Source: Emiliania huxleyi CCMP1516
Lineage: Eukaryota
Assembly: GCF_000372725.1 (NCBI RefSeq)
Contig: NW_005202428.1
Coordinates: 2,890,670 to 2,954,669, forward strand
Reading direction: 5' to 3'
DNA length: 64,000 nt
Shown: positions 19,920-30,514 of the stretch, one piece after another
How the letters are laid out: the number at the start of each line of letters is the position of its first letter
Position numbering within the stretch: position 1 is the stretch's first letter
Program-made: the position numbers and the translations under genes
The notes under the pieces: model-generated
Database searches by the model: none
Told to the model about the DNA's origin: nothing
The model's input: the letters and a program-made list of their open reading frames with translations, nothing else

Positions 19920-20907
19920 GAAGCCCGCAGGCTCGAACGCCGACATGTAGCATATTAGCTCCTCCGCCACACGCATTTAGTCGAGATGCGCTGACGGGGC
20001 GGTACGTCTTGTGTGGTCTTGCTTTTGTGCTCCATTGCTGGTTGGGCTGTCTCAGGGCGAGCTCGCATGTGGCTCGTCGCGAGTACAGTTTCTCTGGAGC
20101 TTTCGGTTAGGTTCGTGTGTTTCGCGAATCGAAACATGTGAATTTTCATGATCATGTTCATGTGTGATGTGTCATGTGAGATGTGTCCGTCTAAACTGCC
20201 ATCTGCCAACTGCGGTCTAGCCGGTACTGGGTTGGCGTTGGTTTTTTACAGTAGCCATTTGGAGCCGACGGCTTGAGGCACATTGTGCTTTGTGGGGTTG
20301 GCACTCCCATCGACCCTCACCATGATGACCTCCTGTGCGGTCTCTGACTCTGTGCGATGGACACCAGTGGGTGTGGCTGTTGGGACCACACATTAGCCAG
20401 GGTACGGTACGCACTAGCCACTACGCATTCGAAGGCTGGGTAAGCAGTAGAGGTCGATACTCGACGCGTCGTCGCGTCCCCCAGGCCCAGCCCTACATGG
20501 GGGGACAGGACGTCCAGCTCCAGGAGGCTCCAGCGACACCGGCCAGGGCTACAATAGTGCCAGTGAGGCGGAGGCGCGAGTCGGAAGGCTGCGTGCTGCG
20601 ACCGTCAAGTGTTTTCGTCATCTCCCACCCACCCAACCAAGCGGCGGCTCTCTCTCTCTCTCGCTCGCAGCCCAGCCCCTCTCGCGCGGGCGTCGCCGCA
20701 GCCGCAGACCCGGGCCTTTCCTACCCGCACTCTCGCCGCTCACTTCTGCTCAAGTGCTCAAATGCCAGCCCTGCAGTTTGCCTCAAGGACGTACGAGTTC
20801 ATAGCGGATGGGATCATCACGCATCCCGGACAAGCAGTCGTCCAGTCGCGCCCGTCTCTGCCACCTGCGATTTTATCGTCCGAGACTATCGCAAGACTCC
20901 GCTGTCC

Positions 20908-22614
20908 ATGGAGACGGACCTCCCTTTCGCAGAGCGGCTCGCCGCCTTGGCAAAGCGCGCAAACGCTGCAGGCGCCACCGGCTGCGCTGCTGCACTCTTT
21001 GCGGCAGCCTTTGCCGTCGGTGGCCGCGTCGAGGAGCGTGTGGCGACTGCCAACATGCATCTCAAGGCTGGAAACGCGACGCTCGCAAAGACAGAGTACC
21101 AGACTATGCTCGCAGACCCGTCGCTCCCTCCCAAGGTGCGTCAGATGGTGGAACGCAAGCGAGACGAAGCCGCCGCCGCCCTCGCCAAGAGCGGCCTCGA
21201 ACCTGGCACTCTCTCTCAGTCGACCACGCAGCAGCTGCGCACAGAGGCGAGATGGCGAAAGGCTGAGTCCACTGGCCCCGTCGTGGCCGACGAGCTCAAG
21301 GCCTTTGGCGCAAAGGCGAACCGGAAGGGCGCCCATGCCCTCGCTCGTGACGTCTACTCAGCAGCATTTGCCCTCACCGACCGGCTCGACAACCGCATCT
21401 CTTCAGCCAACATGCGGCTCAAGGCGCACCTGGGTTCTGTGCATCCTGCGTTTGCGCACCCCGATCTCACTTACCCGCCTGCGGCCACGTGACAGATGGG
21501 TGACGAAGCCAGCATCCGCATCGCGGCCGGCGAGTATGACCAGGTCGCTGCAACGGCGGCGGCCCCCGGTAAGGCGCTGCCCAAGGCGCAGGCGACCCTG
21601 CTGCGTCGGAAGCGGGCAGAGGCCTCTGCGGCGCTGCTACACCTTGGGTGCCGCGACGACGTGCTGCTGATTGCGTTCGGTCCGATGGCCGACCCGCTCC
21701 TTCCGGCAGCCGCGGTCGCCCTGTCCTCAACCTGCCGCGTCGTTTGGCGGGCAGCACGCCCGACGCTCCGGGCGCTCAAGGCGTGGCACGCTGGTGCCGG
21801 CGCCCTGTGCGGCAAGATTGGCTCTCAGCCGCAAGCCCGCCACCTCCCGATTGAGTGCTCACCCGCTGGCCTCAAAAAGGCGGACGCGCTCTGCTTCAAG
21901 AATGGCGCGGCCCTCACGCCGGCCGATGCTGCGACCCTCGGCCACCTGATCGAGTGCGGCTCCTTTTCCGGGCTGGGGTCACTCGACCTCGACAACACGC
22001 GGCTCGATCGCGCGGGGGTGAGAACGGTTGTCCAGGGAATCGCCGGTGGCACGCTCCCGCGTCTGCGCAGCATCAACTTTGGTAATCACGAGGTCGGCGA
22101 CGCGGTGCTCGTGGCGTTGGCGTCCTCGCTCGGCGCGGACCCGACCAACGTGCTGCCGTGGCTCACGGAGCTTCATCTCTACGGAACGAGCGTCGGCGAC
22201 GAGGGCGTGTGCGAGCTCCTGACGGCCGCGACTGTGGGCGCGCTGCCCCGCCTGGAGCTGCTCTCGCTGGACGGCAACAAGGGGGTCCGTAGTCGCAGCG
22301 CCGTGACCCTCGTGGACGCGTGCGCTCAAGGCGCGCTGCCGCGGCTCCGGGACCTCAAGCTCGCCTGGACCTCCATCGACGACGTCGCCGTCGCGGCGAT
22401 GGCAAAGGCCGGCGCCTCGGGCGGCTTTGCGAGGCTGGAGGGGCTGCACGTCGAGGGCAACGACGGCATCACTTTGGAGGGCGTCGATGCACTCGCCGCC
22501 GCTCTCGAGGCGGGCGCCTTCCCGGCGCTCATGCACCTGTCGCTGCCGGGGAAGCACCAGGGCCGACCCGACATGCTGGCGCTGCGCGAGGCACGCGACG
22601 GGTTCTACTGCTGA
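20908..22614 (+). CDS. Protein with two TPR-like repeats, an F-box-like segment and RI-type leucine-rich repeats; intron 21424-21495
   Basis: Repeated A..AN..G....A...AAFA...R...ANM.LK; AVALSSTCR; LxxLxLxxNxVGD repeats. Confidence 0.75.
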
Positions 22615-22876
22615 CGGAGTGTGCACGTCGCGCTGCACCGGCTGCCGACCTCTCCGGGCGAGAAAGGCGACCGCCGCTCCCCCTGCCACCCATCCGGAGC
22701 TCATCATGTCAGGAAAGCGATCAAGAAACCGGAACCAGACCGAAGGTTCACCCTGACGGGCGGGGGACGGGGCCCTAGGGAGCCGGGCAAAGTACACATT
22801 AGGCAGTCGTGTATGTACGTGACGTGTGGTGTCGCGTCTGTGTCCACTAGCTCCGAGTAGAGGGGGCGTTCTGCAG

Positions 22877-23200
22877 TTATAAGGTCCCTCGGGCCAGTTG
22901 GTTGGGGCAAACCCTGCCCACCCCCTAGAGCTCCAAGTAAGGCCCAGGTGTGGCCTAGGGCATCAGAAGGGACCAAGAGGAGTCCAGTCTGAGCCATAGA
23001 GACCATGTCTTTGCCCCCGAAGGTCGCGTTCAAATGCCCCGCCGGAACGGCCGTCTCAGTGGTGTCCGGCCGGCGCGATCACCGAGCTGTGACGCTCAGG
23101 GAAGACTGATGAGGTGCTGGTTTCTTTGCCCAGGGCTGGCCTACGGCCCGTGCTGGACCAGCTGAGCAAGGTTTGGGAAGAATCCCCCATTCAGATCCGG
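22877..23200. repeat. Dispersed repeat, possibly a decayed hAT transposase 3' end; second copy at 56364-57935
   Basis: Shares blocks such as GAGGAGTCCAGTCTGAGCCATAG and GTGGTGTCCGGCCGGCGCGATCACCGAGCTG with 57.65-57.9 kb; minus strand gives FPNLAQL...TSS.FPER with frameshifts. Confidence 0.6.
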
Positions 23201-23769
23201 GGTGCTGGAGAGCTTGTTCAGCAGGATCCGGGGTGGGTCGAGCAGTTCTCACTTCCACAATGGGTGAGCTTCATACCTCAGGCCAGCCTCCCTCCTCACC
23301 CTTCGGCTTATGTGGATTCGAACCACCGCCGGGATGGAAGCTTCCTGCTTCCATCTTGAGAGACAGCGCCGCGCATCACCTGTATCAGAGCGTCGGGGAG
23401 GGTGGGCACTGTGTGCGCTTTTGTTGTGAGACAGAAGCAGGGGGGGGGGGGGGGGGAGCTTCCATGTGCAAGAGCAAGGCCGAGGGCGGGCCCTTTCGGG
23501 CTCGGGCCGCCCTCTCGCCCGCACCTCTGCGGGGCTTGCACGAGACAAGCCAAGGGATGGATGGGAGGACGGCACGATGTTGATATAAATAAATAAATAC
23601 AACGGACATCCCAAGCTAGGGCTGGGTCGAGGACAGATGTTGATACGCAGCCTTTTGGCGCCAAGAGAATTTTTTCTGCTCAGTCATTCAGCGCACCATG
23701 CGAGGCGACCTCGCAAGGTTCACCACAGGCACTCACAGCCCTGCACTAATCAGCACTGCTCGAAATTTG

Positions 23770-26273
23770 ATGCTTGGCCTACTACTGCCGTTCGCATCGG
23801 GCTATAGCGCGGCGACGCCGCGGCTGGCCGCCACAGCTCGCGTCACGCCGCTGCGGTTGTCGAATGCCGAGCCAGCTGTCAGCGGCCTCCAGGCCCTGCA
23901 GAGGAAAGCGCTGCCGTTTGCGCGCCCGCCGCTCGCGCCTCGAAGGAGGCGACCGCCGCCCGTGTGCAGCGCGAGCAAGGTTGGCTCTGTGCCGCTGGCG
24001 CTCGATCCGCATCGCTGGGTGCAGCTCGGCATCCTCTCGATGCTGGCTCTGCTGAGCGACTGGACGTGCTTCGCCACGGTGGCAGTGCCGTCCGAGTGGA
24101 TGACGCTCGAGGGGCACGACGCTGCGGAGCTGATCGACATCTTCCTCGCCTCCAACGTGGTGTCCTGCTTCCTCTTCACCGACATCGCCGCGCGCCTCGG
24201 CCTCAAAAAGGTTGTGACGGGGGCGGCGACGATGATGGCGGGCGGCTGCCTGCTCCGCTCGGGCATCCCATTCGTGGAGCCCGCGATAGAGGTCATGCCC
24301 GGGTACGGCTGGGAGGTTGCGGGCACCATCCTGGTTGGCATGGCGCAGCCCTTTTTTCAGTGCACTCCGCCGCTCCTGTCCGCCACCTGGTTCGGCTCCT
24401 CCGAGCGGGCGCTCGCCACCGCCACGGCGATCAACTTCAACCAGGTCGGGATCGCCACCGCCTTCATCGTCGGAGGCCTCATGGCAAACTCGCCCGAGGG
24501 CATGCACGCCTACTTCGACGTACTCGCCTGCGTCTCGATCGCCGCCGCCGCCGCCACAGCCCTCCTCTTCCGGGACAGGCCAGAGACGCCGCCGTCCGCC
24601 TCGGCCGCCGCCGCCGCCGCCGAGCTCGCCGTCGCGCCGCCGCCCGCTCCGCGCCTCGAGTACCCGCGCAAGGCACTCGCCCTCCTCCGCTCTCCCGGCT
24701 TCGGCGTCGCGACCGCCTCTTTCGTCGCGTCGATCGGCTGCACGAACGTCGTCTCGGCCTTCACCGCGCCCGCCCTCGCGCGGGCTGGGCTGATGGACGG
24801 CACGCGCCAACCCTAACCCTAACCCTAACCCTAACCCTAACCCTAGCCCTAGCCCTCGCGCGGGCTGGGCTGATGGACGGCAGGCGCGAGCCCCGCCAAG
24901 GGAAGGGGAAGGCTGGGCAAGGGGAGGCTGGGCAAGGGGAGGGCTGGGCAAGGGGAGGGCTGGGCAAGGGGAGGGCTGGGCAAGGGGAGGGCTGGGCAAG
25001 GGGAGGGCTTGGCCGCGCCTCTTCTCACCGGCTGCGAGTGCCTCGCGCTGCAGGGATGCAGATCGACCTCGCCGGCGCGGGCTTCCAGCTCGCCATCGTG
25101 CTGGGCGGGATCGGGCTCGGCGGACTGGTCGACCGCAACAAGAACTTCAAGCTCGTCATCCTCTCCTGCCTCCTGTCGTCGGTACTTCCTAGACACTTCC
25201 AAGACACTTCCTAGACACTTCAAGCTCGTCATCCTCTCCTGCCTCCTGTCGTCGGTACTTCCTAGACACTTCCAAGACACTTCCTAGACACTTCAAGCTC
25301 GTCATTCTCTCCTGCCTCCTGTCGTCGGTACTTCCTAGACACTTCCTAGACACTTCCTAGACACTTCAAGCTCGTCATTCTCTCCTGCCTCCTGTCGTCG
25401 GTACTTCCTAGACACTTCCAAGACACTTCCTAGACACTTCAAGCTCGTCATCCTCTCCTGCCTCCTGTCGTCGGAACTTCCTAGACACTTCCTAGACACT
25501 TCCTAAAAAACTTACAGGCTCGTCATCCCTCTTCCTGCCTCCCGGTCGGAACCCCCCGGGCCCTTTGCGCCCCAACCCCCGGCCAATTCTTCTCCCATCT
25601 TCCCTCTTCCCTTCTCNNNNNNNNNNNNNNNNNNNNNNNNNNNNNNNNNNNNNNNNNNNNNNNNNNNNNNNNNNNNNNNNNNNNNNNNNNNNNNNNNNNN
25701 NNNNNNNNNNNNNNNNCCCTCGCCTACCGCCTACCGCCTACCGCCTCGCGCCACCCCCGTGCCACCTCCAGGTGTCCTACCCGTGCGACGAGAATGCCGT
25801 CGAGGCGACGCAGCAGCTCGCCGGTACTTCCTAGACACTTCCTAGACACTTCCTAGAATGCCGTCGAGGCGACGCAGCAGCTCGCCGGCACCCGCCCGCC
25901 CCGCCGCCCCAACCCCCTGCCCACGCCCCACACCCAAGCAGCGACCGCCCGGCAGCGCCCCTGGCTGCCCTGAGCCAGCCGCCCGCGCCCAGGCAACCTC
26001 TTCTCGGCGCTGCTCGTCCCTATCTGCCAGAGCGCTGCTGCATACGACCTGCAGATGCCGGGTCGTGCGATGGACATACGCGGCGATACGCTCGTGCTGC
26101 TGGCGCTGGTGCCGGCCCCGCGACGCGACCGCCCCTCTCTCGCGAGCCGGGAAAGCCTCAACCCCGCCTGTCGCACCGCGCAGGTGGCCGCCACCGCCGT
26201 CGCCTTCTCCTCATTCGACGCGCCCCTCGAGCGGACCCGCGTCGACGACGAAGGCGCCGCCGCGGAGCTGTGA
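23770..26273 (+). CDS. MFS transporter of the FLVCR/SLC49 type with a putative bipartite plastid-targeting N-terminus; spans an assembly gap
   Basis: HRWVQLGILSMLALLSDW, PPLLSATWFGSSERALAT, VSYPCDENAVEA; N-terminus MLGLLLPFASGYSAATPRL... Confidence 0.8.
24809..24851 (+). repeat. Interstitial telomeric (CCCTAA)n tract inside an intron
   Basis: Five CCCTAA units then CCCTAG variants, between 31-bp direct repeats. Confidence 0.9.
24899..25010 (+). repeat. Intronic 16-bp minisatellite (GGGCAAGGGGAGGGCT)n
   Basis: About 6-7 visible copies. Confidence 0.85.
25144..25550 (+). repeat. 73-bp tandem unit made of the exon 3' end plus about three CTAGACACTTC repeats
   Basis: Units start at 25144, 25217, 25290, 25363 and 25436, with a degenerate sixth before the gap. 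Confidence 0.9.
25617..25716. other. Assembly gap (100 N)
   Basis: N run. Confidence 1.
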
Positions 26274-27369
26274 CCTGCGCCGCCGCGCGCCCGGACAGAG
26301 AGAGCCCCGGACGCGCGCGCAAGCCCCGCAATAAAATTAAATAAAGAAGGTGAAATAATAAGGTTACTACAGGTAAGGTAAGTTTTACTGTGAGGCTGTG
26401 AAAGCACGCCCAACGCCCAACCTAGCGGATTTGGGAAGGAAGGCATTTGCGTCTAAGAAAGCTCTGGGCCGGCGCGGGGGCCCCCGGAGGCACCGTGCGC
26501 CGCGCAGCAGTGCGGAAACGGGGCTCCGGCGCTCATACTCGCTCATACTACCGACTTCCCGATCTAACCCGGTCTAACAGAGGGCAGATTCGGAGAGATC
26601 TCGAGGAGTACATACAGATAGACCCTCCAACCATCAGATAACTCTAACCTGATCGGTCGTACTGACCGCCGACAGATCACTCCAGACAGCAGACAGGCCG
26701 ACGCGTCTGCACGCGGCCGGCCGGGTGAGAGGCTTGACACGATCCGACCCTGCGACCCTGACGCTGCAGCTCTAGCTATCAGACATGCACTGCTGACTGC
26801 TGCCACAATATGCGACCTGTGCTGGCCCACTTGGCGGCCTTCCCGGTCAGTGGTGAGGCGCAGTTCAGAGCTGTCGATGGCGCGATGCCGCACTGGTCCC
26901 ACATTGGTGACACGAGACCACCAAGTTTGCCAGTCCAAGAGAGAGGCACCGGCGCTGTCCTGTGAAGGTGCGTGGTCCCTCCTGACTGCCCATGCGCGCG
27001 AGGCTGTGTAGGCATAGCCTCGAGAGTGCCAGCAGCCAATCCGAGGCGACGCGCATTGCGCCAGAAGCGTGCACACGATGGAAGGACACCTTCCTACTGG
27101 TCGTAGGATCAGGTCGTCACTGAATGCTTGATACTAAGGCCGCGAGCTATGCAGGTGATCAATTGTGCATCATGGCACGGTCAGCAGCGCCGACAGGCTG
27201 TCGCAAGGCGTGATAGCATGGCCGCAAGTACGCAGAATTCCCATGAAAACAAGTAAAAATCGCGCAAAAAAAGAAAAAAATCCCGAAACAATCGGCGCCT
27301 GCGGCGGGCCGTGGGAGCCCATCTCCCCCCGCATGGACACCCTCTGGGGGCCCCGCGCCGGCCCAGAGT

Positions 27370-27570
27370 AAGAAAGAAAGAAAGAAAACTCAGACAACCC
27401 AAGGGAGGGATGGGACGAGGACGGCACGCCGCCACCACACAGGGATTTTAAGGAGAGGTGTGTGGTGCGCTAGCCGTCGCCCACCCTAGGGAGTCCGCCT
27501 CTTCCTATCTCTCTTCGCAGTCTCGCCGCTTCTCGCTGCAACCTTCATGCCACCTCGCGGTCGTCCCACT
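27370..27570 (-). mobile_element. 5'-truncated retroposon end of the RVGDG*/(TTTC)n-tail family
   Basis: Same sequence as at 33.5, 50.0, 52.7, 62.9 and 63.1 kb. Confidence 0.8.
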
Positions 27571-27649
27571 GGCATTTGCGTCTGTTCACAGCCTTGTTAT
27601 TGAGAAGAAAATACCTCCTATGGCGCTGTGCGCTGGCCTGTGAGAGGTT

Positions 27650-28020
27650 GAGGTGCGAGCCCTGGGGAGGCCCTGGGGATGGGGGGGGACTACCCGCGGG
27701 CTTAGAAGGCCCGCGCGCAGGGGGGTGGGGCATTGAGACCGGTCATGAATGAGTGCGCGACACGCATGTTGCGAGCAGCGTTGTTGATGTTTTGCGCATC
27801 GCCACTGACGGCGGCGCGCGAGAGCTGTTGCGAGTGGTGTTGGGCGAAGCCCCGGGCGCTGCCGGAGGCTGTGCCGTAGTCGGTGCGGTCGACGGCGCTC
27901 GGGCTGCCGACCTCTTTGGCGAAGTTGAAGATGATTCTCTTGGTTGGCGGCGCGATGCCGCCCTGGCTTTCGACGAGACAAATTTTGACGATTCCGTTCT
28001 TGACATGGAGCGCGTCGTAG
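27650..28020 (-). mobile_element. CRE-like non-LTR retrotransposon 3' end (family B)
   Basis: YDALHVKNGIVKICLVESQGGIAPP...HHSQQLSRAAVSGDAQNI...CARAF*; near-identical to 45799-46147 and 58059-58318. Confidence 0.8.
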
Positions 28021-28119
28021 TTCACAGCTCACCAGGGGCATAGTATTTGCGGGTCCTTTGCCGTTTCGTGCGGCCCTCCTCCGCCACGGCCGGCCGTCGT
28101 CTTGAGACGATCGGGAGAA

Positions 28120-28542
28120 ATGGCAGACAAGAAGGCACAAATCGAAGACCGGGGCCTGGCCAACGACCTTCGGAACTTGCAATCGATGGTGCGGCGTGCA
28201 AAGGCTGGCGACGAGGCTTCCGCTCAGCTCACGCCAGTGTCCAAGACGTGGGCATTCCAAGGCCACCTCGGCCGCACCGTGCTTGTGGACAGAAGAGACC
28301 CCGCGCCGTTCGACAGATCGAACCCAAGATACATGGCAAGCAGCTGGAGGGTCGGCGAGCGTGCGACGGAGATCAACCCAATCTCGGGACAGCACTCGTA
28401 CAACACTGGCAACCTGTATAGGACGGTTCACTGGAAAGAGGAGACGTTTGGCCTGAATGGACGATTCACCAAGGGTCTCGCCGGCCCCGGCCCCTGGAGA
28501 CACGAGGGGCTCAACTGCTCGCCCCCGGCAAAGGCGCTCTGA
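28120..28542 (+). CDS. PIERCE1/2 (C9orf116/FAP182)-like ciliary microtubule inner protein
   Basis: PRYMASSWRVG...TVHW...FGLNGRFTKGL..GPWRHEGLN resembles the PIERCE consensus YRTS..YG...TVH.MP..F....F......GM.RN..LN, recalled rather than searched. Confidence 0.6.
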   Translation: MADKKAQIEDRGLANDLRNLQSMVRRAKAGDEASAQLTPVSKTWAFQGHLGRTVLVDRRDPAPFDRSNPRYMASSWRVGERATEINPISGQHSYNTGNLYRTVHWKEETFGLNGRFTKGLAGPGPWRHEGLNCSPPAKAL

Positions 28543-29159
28543 GAGGCAAGAGCATGCCAGCACCCTGAGGGGCGTGTGTGGGGAGCGCATGGAGTGCTAA
28601 ACAGCGCGGGGCAAGACCAAAAGCAAGCCCAGGCCACAGCCTGGAGCCCGCGACCCTAAACCCTCTGTACGCTGTGCCACCGAGAGCAGTGCCAGAGAAG
28701 GCCCCTCTGCCGCGTGTGACGCGTGTGACGCGTGTGGGAGCTGGGAGGCGAGGTGGGGCGGTGCGGCGGGTGGCGCCGGCGTGACGCGTGTGTGCGGCCG
28801 CAGCAGCGGGTTGAACGAGAATACGAGAAGCGCACTGGCCACTGCAAGTCTCGAAAGAGACGTTTGTGTGACGAGCGCCAAACCCCACCCCGCACCCCCA
28901 GTGCCCAGTCCCCACCCCGCACCCCCACAAGAGCGGTCGCTCAGGGTCAGGCCTCAGCGCGCCGCGCGGCCGCGGCGAGCGGCGTCCCCGCGGGCGCGGC
29001 CTCCTCGTCACCTGCGCCCACCAGCGCACACAGGCACAGCCACACGCCGCAGGGAGAGGGAGGGCAATATCTTCTAAGATATTATCTTGGGGAGTCACAG
29101 CGAGGACCGCGAAAAACGTCGTTCAATGCTAAGCGGGTACGTAATGTGGTCGCTAAAAT

Positions 29160-29751
29160 TTACGCCGCTTTACCAGCCCCGCAGCACTTCTTGAACTTTT
29201 TGTTGCTGCCGCAACTGCAGGGGTCGTTGGGCTTCACCCGTGCCGACTTCGCCTCAGTCAGCCCTGGCGCCTACGACGGCGGATGCCGCGTCAAGTGGTG
29301 CGGGTTGAGATTGGTTATGGCGCTGTCGCTCCGCGCCTTTTTTACGAGCGGCGTGAAGCCCTTGTCCTTGTGCAGCGCAAAGCGGTGGTCCTCCACCTTG
29401 TTGCTGATGACCTGCTTCCCGAGGCTGTTGTTCACCCGTCCGGAGAGGTGCGTGTCGTAGCAGTTCTCGCACACCTTTATTTCGCAAGGCGTGCCTGGCT
29501 TCGTGGGAGCACAGGGCGGACGGGGCGAGGCGCGCACGTACGTCGTGATTGCTGCAGTCCTTGCACTTGTACCTGTATCCAATGATGGCGACGCCGCAGC
29601 CGTCGCAGGTGATGCCTGCGTGCTCGCCAAAGAAGGCCGCTTTTTGCTCTGTTTCCTTGGCCTGCTGCAGCCTCAAGTCGCTGAGCTTTGCCTCGATCTC
29701 CATGCGCCGCTTCGCCTTGGCCTCGTCCGTGGCGGTCGTCAGGTCCGGCAT
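29160..29751 (-). CDS. Small ZZ-type zinc finger + SEC-C motif protein; introns 29541-29475 and 29336-29271
   Basis: HAGITCDGC...YRYKCKDCSNHD|VCENCY; last exon VKPNDPCSCGSNKKFKKCCG. Confidence 0.85.
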
Positions 29752-30514
29752 GGAGGTAAGCCTGAGAACAAATGTTGCGAGGAGGCGAGTCGGCGGCGGG
29801 TGGTGAGGGAGGCGGTGGCGACGGAGAGGCTGGTCGATCGAAAAGATTTTTTCCTGCGCGCCGGCCCTGGATGTGAGGAGAGAGAGAGAGAGAGAGAGAG
29901 AGTCAAGGCGTCGCTACGCGCGGTCTTCCGCGGGGGGAGCTTCGTCGACGGGTGCGGGATCGCGGCGCAGTCAGTGCCGTGGCGATGCCTCCGGCTGTTT
30001 GCGGCGGGCGGCTTGCTGCTCGCTGCGATGGCGAAAAACTCGTCTCGCCACACGCCAAGGGCTTATGCTCTGGCGAGACGTGAGGCGCATGCGCCCAGGA
30101 GGGGAGGGGGCATGTGTAACGACACTGCTAGAGATGCCTTTCGGGGCCCAGAGATAAAACTTCTGTGATGCCATGCGTGACCTAGTAGTGTCCCCAGCTA
30201 TGGGCGTGTCCACGTTGGAGCCAGGTGTGGTGTGGGCGCGAGAATAGCTCCGCCGTTCATGGAGGCAACCGATGCGAGTCGACTGGTGTGTGTCGTCGTG
30301 GTTTCGTATCAAGAATTCTCTCTCTCTCTGGATGTGAGGCTGATAACTGCACTCCAAGTGCTCCAAGTTCCCGGGCAGTAGCGCGCACTGGGTTCCGGCT
30401 CCTAGCCAGATAGGGGGTCTGTGAGCACTGGCTGGCCCCTGTGCAATAGGTAGGTAGGTCCGGGTTTGACCGCCCCAGAGGGCCCCGCAATAGGTAGGTA
30501 GGTGGTGGTGGTGG

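Noticed and set aside
23100..23135. CTGATGA motifs (also about 17474, 57826 and 40422 minus) as hammerhead ribozyme cores
   Set aside because: No stem II followed by GAAA could be found downstream of any of them.
25144..25550. CRISPR-like repeat/spacer appearance
   Set aside because: The 'spacers' are identical copies of exon sequence, the context is a eukaryotic intron, and there are no cas genes.
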